Below, piece after piece: positions 39,479-54,362 of a stretch of DNA of 64,000 bases. Position 1 is the stretch's first letter, and every line of letters begins with the position of its first letter. Where the stretch lies: assembly GCA_951406725.2 (NCBI GenBank), contig OX597822.1, forward strand, positions 38,750,001 through 38,814,000, read 5' to 3'. Source of the stretch: Octopus vulgaris (lineage: Eukaryota). The position numbers were made by a program, and so were the translations under genes. Below the pieces are notes generated by a model that saw only the letters and a program-made list of their open reading frames with translations, did no database searches and was not told the origin of the DNA.

Positions 39479-39595
39479 TTACGGCCATATCACGTTGAAA
39501 GCACCGGTTCTCGTCCGATCACCGAAGTTAAGCAACATCGAGCCTAGTTAGTACTTGGATGGGTGACCGCTTGGGAACCCTAGGTGCTGTAAGCA
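39477..39595 (+). rRNA. 5S rRNA, full-length dispersed copy (probably retroposed, head of a composite element)
   Basis: GCTTACGGCCATATCACGTTGAAAGCACCGGTTCTCGTCCGATCACCGAAGTTAAGC...GGATGGGTGACCGCTTGGGAA...GCTGTAAGCA, 119 nt. Helix I pairs and boxes A and C are present. No TTTT terminator follows. Confidence 0.95.
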
Positions 39596-39610
39596 TTCCA
39601 TTCCTTTAGA

Positions 39611-39835
39611 GGCGCAATGGCCTAGTGGTTAGGGCAGCGGACTCGCGGTCGCAGGATCGCGGTTTCGATTCTCAGAACGGGCGTTGTGTGTGTTTATTGA
39701 GCGAAAACACCTAAAAGCTCTACGAGGCTCCAGCAGGGGGTGGTGATCCCTGCTGTACTCTTTCACCACAATGGCGGTGCCCCAGCATGGCCACAGCTCA
39801 AGAGCTGAAACTGGAAAAAAAAAAAAAAAAAAAAA
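39611..39835 (+). mobile_element. tRNA-derived SINE head + short body + family-A-type tail + poly(A)21
   Basis: A-box TGGCCTAGTGG (39618), B-box GGTTTCGATTC (39661), tail GGCGGTGCCCCAGCATGGCCACAGCTCAAGAGCTGAAACTGG(A)21. Confidence 0.85.
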
Positions 39836-40119
39836 CATATATATTAAGGTAACGCACTGGCACAATTGTTAGCTTGGCGGTGCAAAATGCTTAGTAGCAT
39901 TTCATCTGCTTTTATGTTCTGAGTTCAAATTCTGACTGAGGTCAACTTTCACTCTTGTCCTTTCAAAGTCAATAAAATAAGAAAGTACCAGCTGAACACT
40001 AGGGTAGATGTAATTGACTTACCCCTCCCCACAAATTGCTGGTTTTGTGTCAAAACTTTAAACCAATGTACATATACATCAGCAGCAGCAGCATTATTTA
40101 ATGCTTTCCACATACACAT

Positions 40120-40190
<71 letters not shown>

Positions 40191-40771
40191 CCTACGTATG
40201 CATATATACACTGAATAACGCAAATACAAATATGCATACTCAAGTGTATAGATATAAATATTATTATATTTGAAGGAAAGGACATCAGAGGAGAATTTTA
40301 CACACATCCGTATTACATACGTGGGATCTCACATAGGTAATGTAATGAGTTATAGCAGTGGAACTAGGCTTTAAAGCAACAAACATGTTCCAGGCTTATG
40401 ACAACTCTACAGTGGAGAGTATTCTACTCAGATAGGTACACACACAATGTGTAAAGTATAGTAGCATAGCATATAGCTCATATATATATATATATATATC
40501 ATCATCATCATCAATTAACATCTGTTTTCCATGCTGGCATGGGTCGAACAGTTTGACTGGGGTCTGGAAAGCCAGCGGCTGCACCAGGATCCAATCTAAT
40601 CTGCCAGAGTTTCTACAGCTGGATGCCTTTCCTAATGCCAAACCACTCCGTGAGTGTAGTGGGTGCCTTTTACATGCCACCGGCACAGGAGCCGGTCAGG
40701 CGGGCCCAGCAATGATCACGTTTGGATGGTGCTTTTTATGTGCCACTGGCACAGGAGCCAGTCAGGGGGTA

Positions 40772-40852
<81 letters not shown>

Positions 40853-40906
40853 GTATGAAAAGTAATGGTGTCAAGAAGACCCAAAGGTGTCAGGTAATGC
40901 TGAGTA

Positions 40907-41090
40907 AGTGCTATGGACAGACCATAGTTAAGCTCCAGGTTCGATAATGATATGAATGAGGAGCCAACGTGGGTCATGTATTAGCATGCATATATATAAA
41001 AATTGACAGAATGAGATAAAAAATCCAAGGCTATGAATAGTTTTCAGAACATAAATGTTCTGAAAACTATTCACAGCTTCGGATTCTGTC

Positions 41091-41139
<49 letters not shown>

Positions 41140-43767
41140 TTATTTACATTATTTAAATTTGACGGATATTTGTCCTCATCTTGTTTGTTATTAATATATT
41201 TCGGCTGATATACGCTCCAGCCTTAATCAGGTGTCTTATTCCTAAGGTATTTTTCGATGTTATTATTATTATTATTCAGGTGACTTCCTGGGATTGAACT
41301 CAGGATCTTGGGGTTAGTATCTACCTATCACTGCATGTATGATATTGTAGTACAATGTCTCTCTCTCTCTCTTAATATATATATATATATATATAGATAG
41401 ATAGATATATACAGGGGGGAGAATTCACAAAAAAACAAAAGACGAAGACAAGTGGTGTAGACAACAAACAGATGTATTAGTATAACGCTCGGGAAGTGAA
41501 AAAGTCTTTAATGTTTCAAACCTACGCTTTTCCACAGAAAGAAAAAAGGAGAGAAAATAAAGATATATATATATATATATATCCCCAGATGGTGCATTTG
41601 GCAAAACAGTGTTGTTTGGTCATTTAGCCCTGGAGCTGCCAGGACTGAATAGAAGTTTGATCAAAGACACTCCAGTCATTCCTGTTAGGTTGTTTTACAG
41701 GTACCTAGGGTTATTTATCCAATGTGACCTTCCCTTTTCAAGTTGAGGGAGACTTAGATGCTATTTTTAGCAGGTTGAACAACCATGTAGTTTCCTAAGC
41801 TGTTGAGCAGACACTCTGTCACACTTTGAATCAAATATATACTTAAATATATACATAGGTATCAACATGTTTATCTATCTAGCTAACTAGCTATCTACCT
41901 ACCTATACATTTACCCATCTATCTGTCCACCTTGAACATAATGCAATGAACTAGATAAAAAAAGGCAAAAAAATCTATCAATCTATCTATCTATCCATTT
42001 ATCTATCTATCTATCTTTCTACTGTGTGTCTGTGCCTGTCTATAAAAAGACACTGACATGCTTATACAAATACACACACACACTTTCAGGTATCTACACA
42101 AATCACCAAACCACACATATAGTTACACTTCAGAGTAGTAGTAGTAGTAGTAGTGTTGATGATAGTGGCAGTGTCGATAACAATAATGCAAGTGGTGATG
42201 ATGATGATGATGATAATACAGGATGGTGCCATTCCTAAATTACTATGAAGGGAAACCATCCAAAAACAGTTATACTATCATCATCATCATCATCATCATC
42301 ACTGCTAACAGCAGCAAAATTGTGATCTTCATTATCATCATCATTAGAAACATCATCAGTAGTAGCATCACTACCATCATCATCATTTACAGCATCAACT
42401 AGAGCAGCAACATCAGTATCACTATCATTGTCATCATCATCATCATCATCAACAACAACACAGCTGCATCAGAAATAGCAACAAGGATATCTCCATCAGC
42501 ATCAACATCATCATCATCATCATCAAAACAACCATAGAATAAACAGCATCAACGACAACTTTGGCACCATCGCCACCATCAACACAAGCCTCACCACCAC
42601 TGCCGCCACCGCCACTGCCACCACCACAGAATAACAATGGTTGGCCAAGAAAGCTGGAAAGTTTTCATAACAAGCTTCAACAATAGCAGTTATAGGGACA
42701 GACCCATAGCCATTGGCAATACTTCCAACAGACTGACTCACACACACACACACACGATACCCTGGTGGTAGATGAAAGAATTACTGGCAAGCTGGCAGAA
42801 TTGTTAGCACATTGGACGAAACACTTAGCAGCATTTCTTTTGGCTGTTTATGTTCTGAGTTCAAATTCTGCTGAGGACAACTTTACCCTTCATCCTTTCA
42901 TCAATTAAATGGTCACTTTCCCATGTTTGCATGGATCAGATGGAATGTGTAGAGGTTGATCTTCAATAACCAGATGCCTCTTTCTGTTGTATATATACAT
43001 AAACATTAACAGTCCTATGATCAAGGATATTCCAACCACGACAATCCTGTCTTACATTTAGAAACAGTGCATCCAGGACCATATTATCCAATGTATCTTT
43101 ACTTTGGACTGCAGGTTATGACCTGAGGGAGATTTGGCTGCTATTTCTAGCAAACCTAGCAACAGGAGTGAAGTTCTCTTATGAACTCGTGGGCTTATTA
43201 CAGTAATAGTGGTTAGCCCGCTGGATGAAATGCTCAGCAGCAAAATGGTTAGCCCGCTAGACAAAATGCTTAACAGTATTTTGCCCATCGCTCCGATCTA
43301 AGTTTAAATTCTGCCGAGGTTGACTTTGCCTTTCATCTTTTCTGGTTCGATAAATTAAGTACCAGTAGGGTACAGGAGTCGATGTAATTGATTGTCCAAG
43401 TCCCCACAAAATCCAGGTCTTGTGCCTATAATAGAAAGGACCTTTATCCTTATCATAATCATCATCATCATCAAGGTGATGAGCTGGCAGAATTGTTAGC
43501 ATGCTGGACGAAATGCTTAGTTGTATTTCACCTGTCACTACATTATGAGTTCAAATTCCGCCCAGGTCAATTTTACCTTTAATCCTTTTGGGGTCGATAA
43601 ATTAAGTACTAATGAAACTCTGGAGTTGACGTAATCAACTGGTCCTTCTCCTAAAATTTCAGGCCTTCAGCTTCTAGTAGAAAGGATTAGCTGGCAGAAT
43701 CATTAGCACACCAGGCGAAATGCTTAACGGTATTTCGTCTGCCCCTACGTTCTGAGTAAAATTCCAG
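40907..43767 (+). repeat. Tandem segmental duplication, copy 1 (~2.86 kb)
   Basis: Runs from AGTGCTATGGACAGACC to ...GTTCTGAGTAAAATTCCAG and is near-identical to 43766-46643. The ORF track shows duplicated peptides. Confidence 0.95.
41137..41319 (-). mobile_element. 5'-truncated hammerhead-family SINE (duplicated at 44006-44189)
   Basis: Minus strand GACACCTGATTAAGGCTGGAGCGTATATCAGCCGAAAT, homologous to 23838-23875. Confidence 0.8.
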
Positions 43768-43950
43768 TGCTATGGACAGACCATAGTTAAGCTCCAGGTT
43801 CGATAATGATATGAATGAGGAGCCAACGTGGGTCATGTATTAGCATGCATATATATAAAAATTGACAGAATGAGAAAAAATCCAAGGCTATGAATAGTTT
43901 TCAAAACATAAATGTTCTGAAAACTATTCACAGCTTCGGATTCTGTCAAT

Positions 43951-44008
<58 letters not shown>

Positions 44009-46643
44009 TTATTTACATTATTTAAATTTGACGGATATTTGTCCTACATCTTGTTTGTTATTAATATATTTTGGCTGATATACGCTCCAGCCTTAATCAG
44101 GTGTCTTATTCCTAAGGTATTTTTCGATATTATTATTATTATTATTCAGGTGACTTCCTGGGATTGAACTCAGGATCTTGGGGTTAGTATCTACCTATCA
44201 CTGCATGTATGATATTGTAGTACAATGTCTCTCTCTCTCTCTTAATATATATATATATATATAGATAGATAGATATATACAGGGGGAGAATTCACAAAAA
44301 AACAAAAGACGAAGACAAGTGGTGTAGACAACAAACAGATGTATTAGTATAACGCTCGGGAAGTGAAAAAGTCTTTAACATTTCAAACCTACGCTTTTCC
44401 ACAGAAAGGAACACAGAAAGAAACAAGGAGAGAAAATAAAGATATATATATCCACAGATGGTGCATTTGGCAAAACAGTGTTGTTTGGTCATTTAGCCCT
44501 GGGGCTGCCAGGACTGAATAGAAGTTTGATCAAAGACACTCCAGTCGTTCCTGTTCGGTTGTTTTACAGGTACCTAGGGTTATTTATCCAATGTGACCTT
44601 CCCTTTTCAAGTTGAGGGAGACTTAGATGCTATTTTTAGCAGGTTGAACAACCATGTAGTTTCCTAAGCTGTTGAGCAGACACTCTGTCACACTTTGAAT
44701 CAAATATATACTTAAATATATACATAGGTATCAACATGTTTATCTATCTAGCTAACTAGCTATCTACCTACCTATACATTTACCCATCTATCTGTCCACC
44801 TTGAACATAATGCAATGAACTAGATAAAAAAAGGCAAAAAAATCTATCAATCTATCTATCTATCCATTTATCTATCTATCTATCTTTCTACTGTGTGTCT
44901 GTGCCTGTCTATAAAAAGACACTGACATGCTTATACAAATACACACACACACTTTCAGGTATCTACACAAATCACCAAACCACACATATAGTTACACTTC
45001 AGAGTAGTAGTAGTAGTAGTAGTGTTGATGATAGTGGCAGTGTCGATAACAATAATGCAAGTGGTGATGATGATGATGATGATAATACAGGATGGTGCCA
45101 TACCTAAATTACTATGAAGGGAAACCATCCAACAACAGTTATACTATCATCATCATCATCATCACTGCTAACAGCAGCAAAATTGTGATCTTCATTATCA
45201 TCATCATCATCATTAGAAACATCATCAGTAGTAGCATCACTACCATCATCATCATTTACAGCATCAACTAGAGCAGCAACATCAGTATCACTATCATTGT
45301 CATCATCATCATCATCATCATCAACAACACAGCTGCATCAGAAATAGCAACAAGGATATCTCCATCAGCATCAACATCATCATCATCATCATCAAAACAA
45401 CCATAGAATAAACAGCATCAACGACAACTTTGGCACCATCGCCACCATCAACACAAGCCTCACCACCACTGCCGCTGTCGCCACCGCCACTGCCACCACC
45501 ACAGAATAACAATGGTTGGCCAAGAAAGCTGGAAAGTTTTCATAACAAGCTTCAACAATAGCAGTTATAGGGACAGACCCATAGCCATTGGCAATACTTC
45601 CAACAGACTGACTCACACACACACACACACGATACCCTGGTGGTAGATGAAAGAATTACTGGCAAGCTGGCAGAATTGTTAGCACATTGGACGAAACACT
45701 TAGCAGCATTTCTTTTGGCTGTTTATGTTCTGAGTTCAAATTCTGCTGAGGACAACTTTACCCTTCATCCTTTCATCAATTAAATGGTCACTTTCCCATG
45801 TTTGCATGGATCAGATGGAATGTGTAGAGGTTGATCTTCAATAACCAGATGCCTCTTTCTGTTGTATATATACATAAACATTAACAGTCCTATGATCAAG
45901 GATATTCCAACCACGACAATCCTGTCTTACATTTAGAAACAGTGCATCCAGGACCATATTATCCAATGTATCTTTACTTTGGACTGCAGGTTATGACCTG
46001 AGGGAGATTTGGCTGCTATTTCTAGCAAACCTAGCAACAGGAGTGAAGTTCTCTTATGAACTCGTGGGCTTATTACAGTAATAGTGGTTAGCCCGCTGGA
46101 TGAAATGCTCAGCAGCAAAATGGTTAGCCCGCTAGACAAAATGCTTAACAGTATTTTGCCCATCGCTCCGATCTAAGTTTAAATTCTGCCGAGGTTGACT
46201 TTGCCTTTCATCTTTTCTGGTTCGATAAATTAAGTACCAGTAGGGTACAGGAGTCGATGTAATTGATTGTCCAAGTCCCCACAAAATCCAGGTCTTGTGC
46301 CTATAATAGAAAGGACCTTTATCCTTATCATAATCATCATCATCATCAAGGTGATGAGCTGGCAGAATTGTTAGCATGCTGGACGAAATGCTTAGTTGTA
46401 TTTCACCTGTCACTACATTATGAGTTCAAATTCCGCCCAGGTCAATTTTACCTTTAATCTTTTTGGGGTCGATAAATTAAGTACTAATGAAACTCTGGAG
46501 TTGACGTAATCAACTGGTCCTTCTCCTAAAATTTCAGGCCTTCAGCTTCTAGTAGAAAGGATTAGCTGGCAGAATCATTAGCACACCAGGCGAAATGCTT
46601 AACGGTATTTCGTCTGCCCCTACGTTCTGAGTTAAAATTCCAG
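43766..46643 (+). repeat. Tandem segmental duplication, copy 2 (~2.88 kb)
   Basis: Differs from copy 1 by microsatellite lengths, a few substitutions and small indels. Confidence 0.95.
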
Positions 46644-46762
46644 CGAGGTTGACTTTGCCTTTCATCCTTTTGGGCTCAATAAATTATGTACTAGGGGGTC
46701 AATGTGACTGACTTACCCCATCCCTCCAAATTTCAGGCCTTGTGTCTACAGTAGAAACCACC

Positions 46763-46796
<34 letters not shown>

Positions 46797-47399
46797 AAGC
46801 TGTGAGCAGGCAGAATCAATAGCACGCTGGGCTAAATGCCTAACTGCATTCTGAGTTCAAATTCTGCTGAATTCGCCTTTGCTTTTCATTCTTTTGGGTT
46901 TGATAAATTGAGTACCAGTCATGCATGGAGGTTGATGTAATTGACTATCCTCAGCCCCCAAATTTCAGGCATTGTGCCAATAGTAGAAATTATTATTATT
47001 ATTATTATTATTGCCAGTAGTAGTAGTGGTATTTAGTGGTGGCAGTGGTTGTAGTGAAATAGATATTCCAGTGAATGCAAACCCTAATTTGTCACAGGAC
47101 AAATAGGGGTTGTACATACAGGCAAGAGTAGAAACTGAACCTTTTTTCCACTGGATCCAGTGAAGAACTACAAGCGAGACGCAGGGGGGGGGGTTAGTAA
47201 AACAACAGTAACACAGCCCACAGTGTCTTCTTGTCGGACCAAGAACAAGAACAACATTATCAGTATCATTTTCATCAACAGCAATAGTAAGTAGAATATT
47301 CACAATAAGCAGATGAATAAAATATACGCTGTATGTAACAATAGCAAGTAAACAACACCATTGATAAATATCACCACCACAACTGCCATCCTCATCATG

Positions 47400-48340
<941 letters not shown>

Positions 48341-51300
48341 ACAGAGATAGAAAGACAGACAGACAATAGATAGATAGACAGAGATAGATAGATAGATAGA
48401 TAGATACATACATACATACATACATACATACACACACAGAACAGTAAGCAAAACAAGATAACCAACCTTCCCATGTTGTTTTCTGTTGGAGACTGTCAGA
48501 GCATTCTATACTTGTGAGTATACGTGTGTGTCGATGTGTATGTGTGTGTGTGTGTGTATGTGGTAAGTGTGTGTATGTGTTGTAGTAGCAGCAGCAACAG
48601 CAGCAGCAGCAATAGTAAGACTAACTGTAGAGATGGTGTATAGTACTGACTGTAGTAACTGCAGTAGAAGTGGTAGTCTTTGTATGTGTGCGCATATGTG
48701 TGCATGCGTGTGTGTAGTATTGTCTGTAGTGGTGATGGTGGTGATGACAGTGGTGGTGGTGGTGATGATAGTGGTGTGTATCTGGTTGACTAAGTGTGTA
48801 CGCCTGTGTATACCATGGGAGTGGCAGCCTATGTTTATACAAACTCACACACACTAAACATACATGTATATGAGTGTGTGTATGTGTGTGCATGTGTATG
48901 CATTTATATGTGTATGTGTGTGTACAAGAGAGAGAGAGAGAGAGAGAGGGACTACTGACTCAGAACAGATTGAGATGCAGTATGTGCATGCATGTGTGTA
49001 TGCATGTCATATGTGTGTATCACTAGCGTTTTACTTAATGTGTGACTGCATATGCATGTGTGCATGTAACAGTACATGCATGCGTGTTTATCTTTGTGTA
49101 CAAATATATGTATACTTGTGTGTGTGTGTGTGTGTGAGTAGTGTTTGACTTAATGCATGTATGCATGTGCATTAAAGTGTGGTGGTGGTGGTGGTGGTGG
49201 TGATGGTGTGCTAGGAAGGAGGGGGTTCAGGAGAGAAGGCAACATGAGAAGAGACAGAGAGAAGGATGGGGAGTGGAGGGGAGTTGAGAAAGAAAAGGGT
49301 GGGGTGGGAGGTGAAGTGAAAAATGAGAAGTGATGGAAATAAGTGATACATGATAGAGAGGGAGGGAGGAGAGGGGTGAGGGAAATGGAGAGAAAGAGGG
49401 GGGAGATGATGAGAGATACAAGTTTATGAAAGAGGAGAGAGAGAGAGAGAGACACTTGTTGGAGAGACATGTACATGAGAGAAAGAGAGAGAGAGAGATA
49501 GGAAGAGAGATATACATATGAGTATGCATAACTATGTCAATATGTATGTGTGTGTATGTATATCATATATATAAAAATAATAAATGCACCCTTTTAAAAC
49601 CTAGCCAGGCTCATGGGCCCGGTTTCCCGGTTTCTATGGCGTATGTGTTCCCCAGCTGGACGGGACGCCAGTCCATTGCAGCGTTACTCATTTTTGCCAG
49701 CTGAGTGGACTGGAGCAACGTGAAATAAAGTGCTTTGCTCAAGAACACAACATGTCGCCCGGTTCAGGAATTGAAACCACTATTTTACGATCATGATGCT
49801 GACACCCTAACCACTAAGCCACGCGCCTCCACACATTATATATATAAAACACACAAATTCTTAATTTACAGAAATTATGTCCCCTTTGAGACAAGTATAA
49901 ACAAATGCCCTGTGACAATGAAGGAAGAGCGAGAGAGAGAGAGAGAGAGAGAGAGAATCTCAAACACACACACATATACATAAGGAAAAAAGGTCATACA
50001 CACACACATTAATAATAAAATGAAAGAGTGAATATTCAACACCTGAAGAATAGATAATTCTGTTTTAACAGAATTATGTTATTTGTCCAACACCATAGGT
50101 TTCTATAAGGACAATTTGCATTTATTCAACACAAGTTCAAAGTATGAATGGAAGTTCACAACTGATTTAATGTAAGTGTAATATGAACTCACAGCTGGCT
50201 CAAGATGTCAACAATACTGAATTTCAAAGCAGTTATGCATGAATATATAAGGACTATCTTTTATCTTTTCCTTGTTTCAATCACTGGACTGCAACATGCT
50301 GGGGCCCTGCTTTGACGGCTTTTAGTCAAACAGATGAACCTAAGTTCCATTTTTTAAGTGTGATACTTATTCTATCAGTCTCTTAAGCTTAGTTATAGGA
50401 ATGTAAACAAATCAATACTGGATGTCAAACAGTGGAAGGGAACAAAATCAAACATAAAAACACAGGTACATGTGTGTGTATGTATGTGTGTGCTTGTGTG
50501 TCTCCTTGACTTGACACTGTGACAGATGTAAACAAATGTTATAATAATGCAAGCAGTGTCATTTGTTTCCAATCTTCCATGAAAACACATCTGGTCACAT
50601 GGAAATATTACTTTGCTTTGAAACAAGTGGGGCTGGAGATAAGAATAGTATCTGGTTGTAGGAAAAATGCCTTAACAAATTCCATCAGATCCATGCAAGC
50701 ATAAAGAAGTTGACATTAAAATTATGCTCATGATGATATTTATACATACACATCTTCATTTGTTTTCTTTCTTTTGCAATTTATATTGCAAAACATCTGA
50801 TAAAAATCTCAGTAGAATCTCATTTACTGCATCTCGTGTCCATAACACAGTGAAAACTATATTGGCCAAACAAGAACAAAATGAATGGACTGAGTTAGGG
50901 CACATAAACAACAATTCAACAATCCATCTATTGGAAATATCCCCTATTGACATTTGTGCAAATGAAAAATTCAGAATAATCCCTTTTTTGTAAAATAAAG
51001 GAAGAAAATGATCAATTACAAAAAGCAAAAGAAGAATACTTTATCATGATTCTAAAACCAAAATTAAACTGGAAATAGTGATAACGTCTACTAAAAACAA
51101 TTATTTCTATACACATCACCTTATGATGTAGGCAGAGCTTAACACAAAATCTTCCTTCTTATCATATTTGTGTTTTTATATACTTCATAATTTTTGATTT
51201 TAAGAAAATCTTTTTTTATACACAAGGATGCCTGTCAGTCATGGGGACTTTGTCATTCTTGTCTTGCAAGTTGCTAGGTGACTTCACTGGTGTTGATGAC

Positions 51301-52440
51301 ACAAAAAAAAAAGCTCCTAGTATACTCTGTAAAGTAGTTAGTGTTTGGAAGGGCCTCCAGTCATAAAAACCTTGCTAAAACAGACAACAGATCTTGGCAC
51401 AGCCCTCCAGCTTTCCAGCTCTTGTCAAACCATCCAACCCATGTCAGCATGAAAAATGGACATTAAATGATGGTGATGATGATGACACACACAGAAGCAT
51501 GGTTGTGGAGATAAAGAGTTACTTCAAAACCATGTAGTTTCCAATTATGTACGGTACCTTGGGCAAGCATCTTCTATTACAACCCCAGGCCAGCTAATAC
51601 CATGTGAGCGAACTTGGTAGAGGGAAACTATATGAACATTTTGTGTATGTGTGCATGTGTATGTCTGTGTGTGCCTGTATATTTATTTGAATGTTTACAT
51701 CCTACATGTTTTGCATGAAAAACAACTAAGCTACAAGTGGTTAAGGTTGTTGTCATTTCTCAGACAACAAGTTGCCTATTGACTCTGCACTTTTCAAAAC
51801 ATGTGAAATAAGAGATCCCTTATATGAAAATCAAGGATATCCAGCTTTAAAACAATGCCTCAGTGTTATATATTCATCAAACCATGTTAACATGGAAAAA
51901 AAAAAAAAAAAACGGACATAAAAACAAACACACACACAGAGACCCATACATTAGATATATGTGGAAGAGAGGTTATTACATACAACATGAATTCACATGC
52001 TTTGTCTTTTCCTAAATAGTTTGTCAATTCCTGAGAATACTGGCCGGCAGTCAGCTTTTCTTTCAGGCTTCACCACAATTACCACTCAATGTTTGTTTAT
52101 TTTTCTTCAAAGTGAAGACAGCTTCAATAAATAAAGAATTTATCATTGGGTATTTACCATATTTTTTATTCATACTTGTTGTCTTAATTCCTGCCACTGG
52201 CCACTGTGTTATTTCTCTTGATGCATGTTTTGTTGACAAACACACACACATGGAGAGAGACAGACAGACAGACAGAGAAAGAGAGACAGAGACTCATTAC
52301 AGAAGAGCTAACAAGAGAACCTGCTAGAAGCAACAACCAATCTCCCTCATATCATACCTTCACATCTTAAAAATAAAACATAAAAGAACACAGAATTTGA
52401 AAAAACAAAACAAAAAACAAAAAAAAATCAAATAAATAAA

Positions 52441-52830
52441 TAGTGGCTGTGTGGTAAAAAGCTTGCTTCACAATCACATGATTCTCGGTTCAGTCCCACT
52501 GCATGGCACCTTGGGCACGTGTCTTCTACTATAGCCTCAGGCCAACCGAAGTCTTGTGAATGGATTTGGTAGACAGAAACAGAAAGAAGCCCATTATATA
52601 TGTGTGTGCATGTGTGTGTGTGTGTGTGTTTGTCCCCCACTACTTGACAACCAATGTTGGTGTGATTATGTCCCTGTAACTTAGCAGTTCAGTAAAAGGG
52701 TCTGATAGAATAAGAACCGGGGTCTAAAAAATGTAAAATTATTGGTGTTGGTTTATTTGACTTAAATTCTTCAAGGAAGTGCTCCAGAATGGCCGCAGTC
52801 TAATGACTGAAATAAGCAGAAGATAAAAGA
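52441..52830 (+). mobile_element. tRNA-derived SINE, family A
   Basis: Near full-length family A copy. Confidence 0.85.
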
Positions 52831-53016
52831 AAGATAAAATGAAATAAAGACGTGATGGTCATAACTGGAATACCTTTAACTATGAAGTGTGTTTCAGCAA
52901 GGCTGACCTGGGGCTAAAAAACAACAACCAATGCTTTCATCATCATTAACATCATCATCATCACCATCTCCATACTAACATGATGTTAAGTCTACAGATC
53001 CATTTCTTTTACTACA

Positions 53017-53085
53017 ACCACCACCACCACCACCACCACCACCACCACCACCACCACCACCACCACCACCACCACCACCAACACC

Positions 53086-53125
<40 letters not shown>

Positions 53126-53154
53126 CCACCACCACCACCACCACCACCACCACC
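53017..53154. repeat. Compound (CAC)n(CAA)n(CAC)n microsatellite
   Basis: Directly visible. Confidence 0.95.
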
Positions 53155-54007
53155 AATGGTGGGAGGGGTTGTTATGGTAAAGGAACTTTTTGAAGTGTTC
53201 TACAACCACCATTGCCTCCACCACCAGCGATATCACTACCATCATCATCATCATCCGATGATGATGATGATGATGGTGGTTGTTATCGGTAGAGATACAC
53301 TATTAGATGGATTCTACACTATCATCATTATCATCATCATCATCCTCCTCTGCTTCATCATCCGCCACCACCACCATTTTCATCACTTTCACCACCATTC
53401 ATACAATCCTGCAGTTTTTCCCAAGCACCTTTCTAGCTTTTTTAAGATGCTTGAGGTGTGTGTGTGTACACGCATGCATTAGTGAGTGTATACATTTGTA
53501 TATGTATGATATATGATTATGCGTGTGCCTACCTTATGTAATGTATATGTACATACACTTGCATAAGTTACATTAAAAATAGACACATTATCTATCTATC
53601 CACACACATCTCTCTCTCTCTCTCTCTCCATATATATATATATATATATATATATCATACACACATACATATATACACACACATACATACACAAACAAAT
53701 AAATACATAAATACATGTGTGTTTGTGTGTATTCAAATTTGTGCATATAGTTATGTGCACTCATATTTCTGTGCGTGAAGATATAGTAAATAAGGAAACC
53801 ACTTAAAAACTACATCTGTGTGTGTATTTATCTATAGGTATCTACATGTGTATGCATATCTGTGCATGTGTACACATGCACCTATATGTGTGTGTGTGTG
53901 TGTGTGGATGCATAGTTATTTGCATTGCGTAATCTATTTGCATCCCTATGTACCTAGTTGTATGAAGTGTCTTTGCATATTCAAAGTATGTGTTAGAGTG
54001 AATATTA

Positions 54008-54061
54008 AGATGGATGGATGGATGGAAAGATAGATGGATAGATAGACAGACAGACAGACGA

Positions 54062-54126
<65 letters not shown>

Positions 54127-54138
54127 CAGATAGCTAGC

Positions 54139-54190
<52 letters not shown>

Positions 54191-54251
54191 CAGACAGCTA
54201 GCTAGCTAGATAGAGATAGATAGATAGACAGACAGCTAGCTAGCTAGATAG

Positions 54252-54296
<45 letters not shown>

Positions 54297-54314
54297 GCTA
54301 GCTAGCTAGCTAGC

Positions 54315-54362
<48 letters not shown>

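Noticed and set aside
50724-51028. Overlapping ~90-aa ORFs on both strands, one vaguely membrane-protein-like
   Set aside because: No convincing motif or splice signals, so I cannot assign a product.
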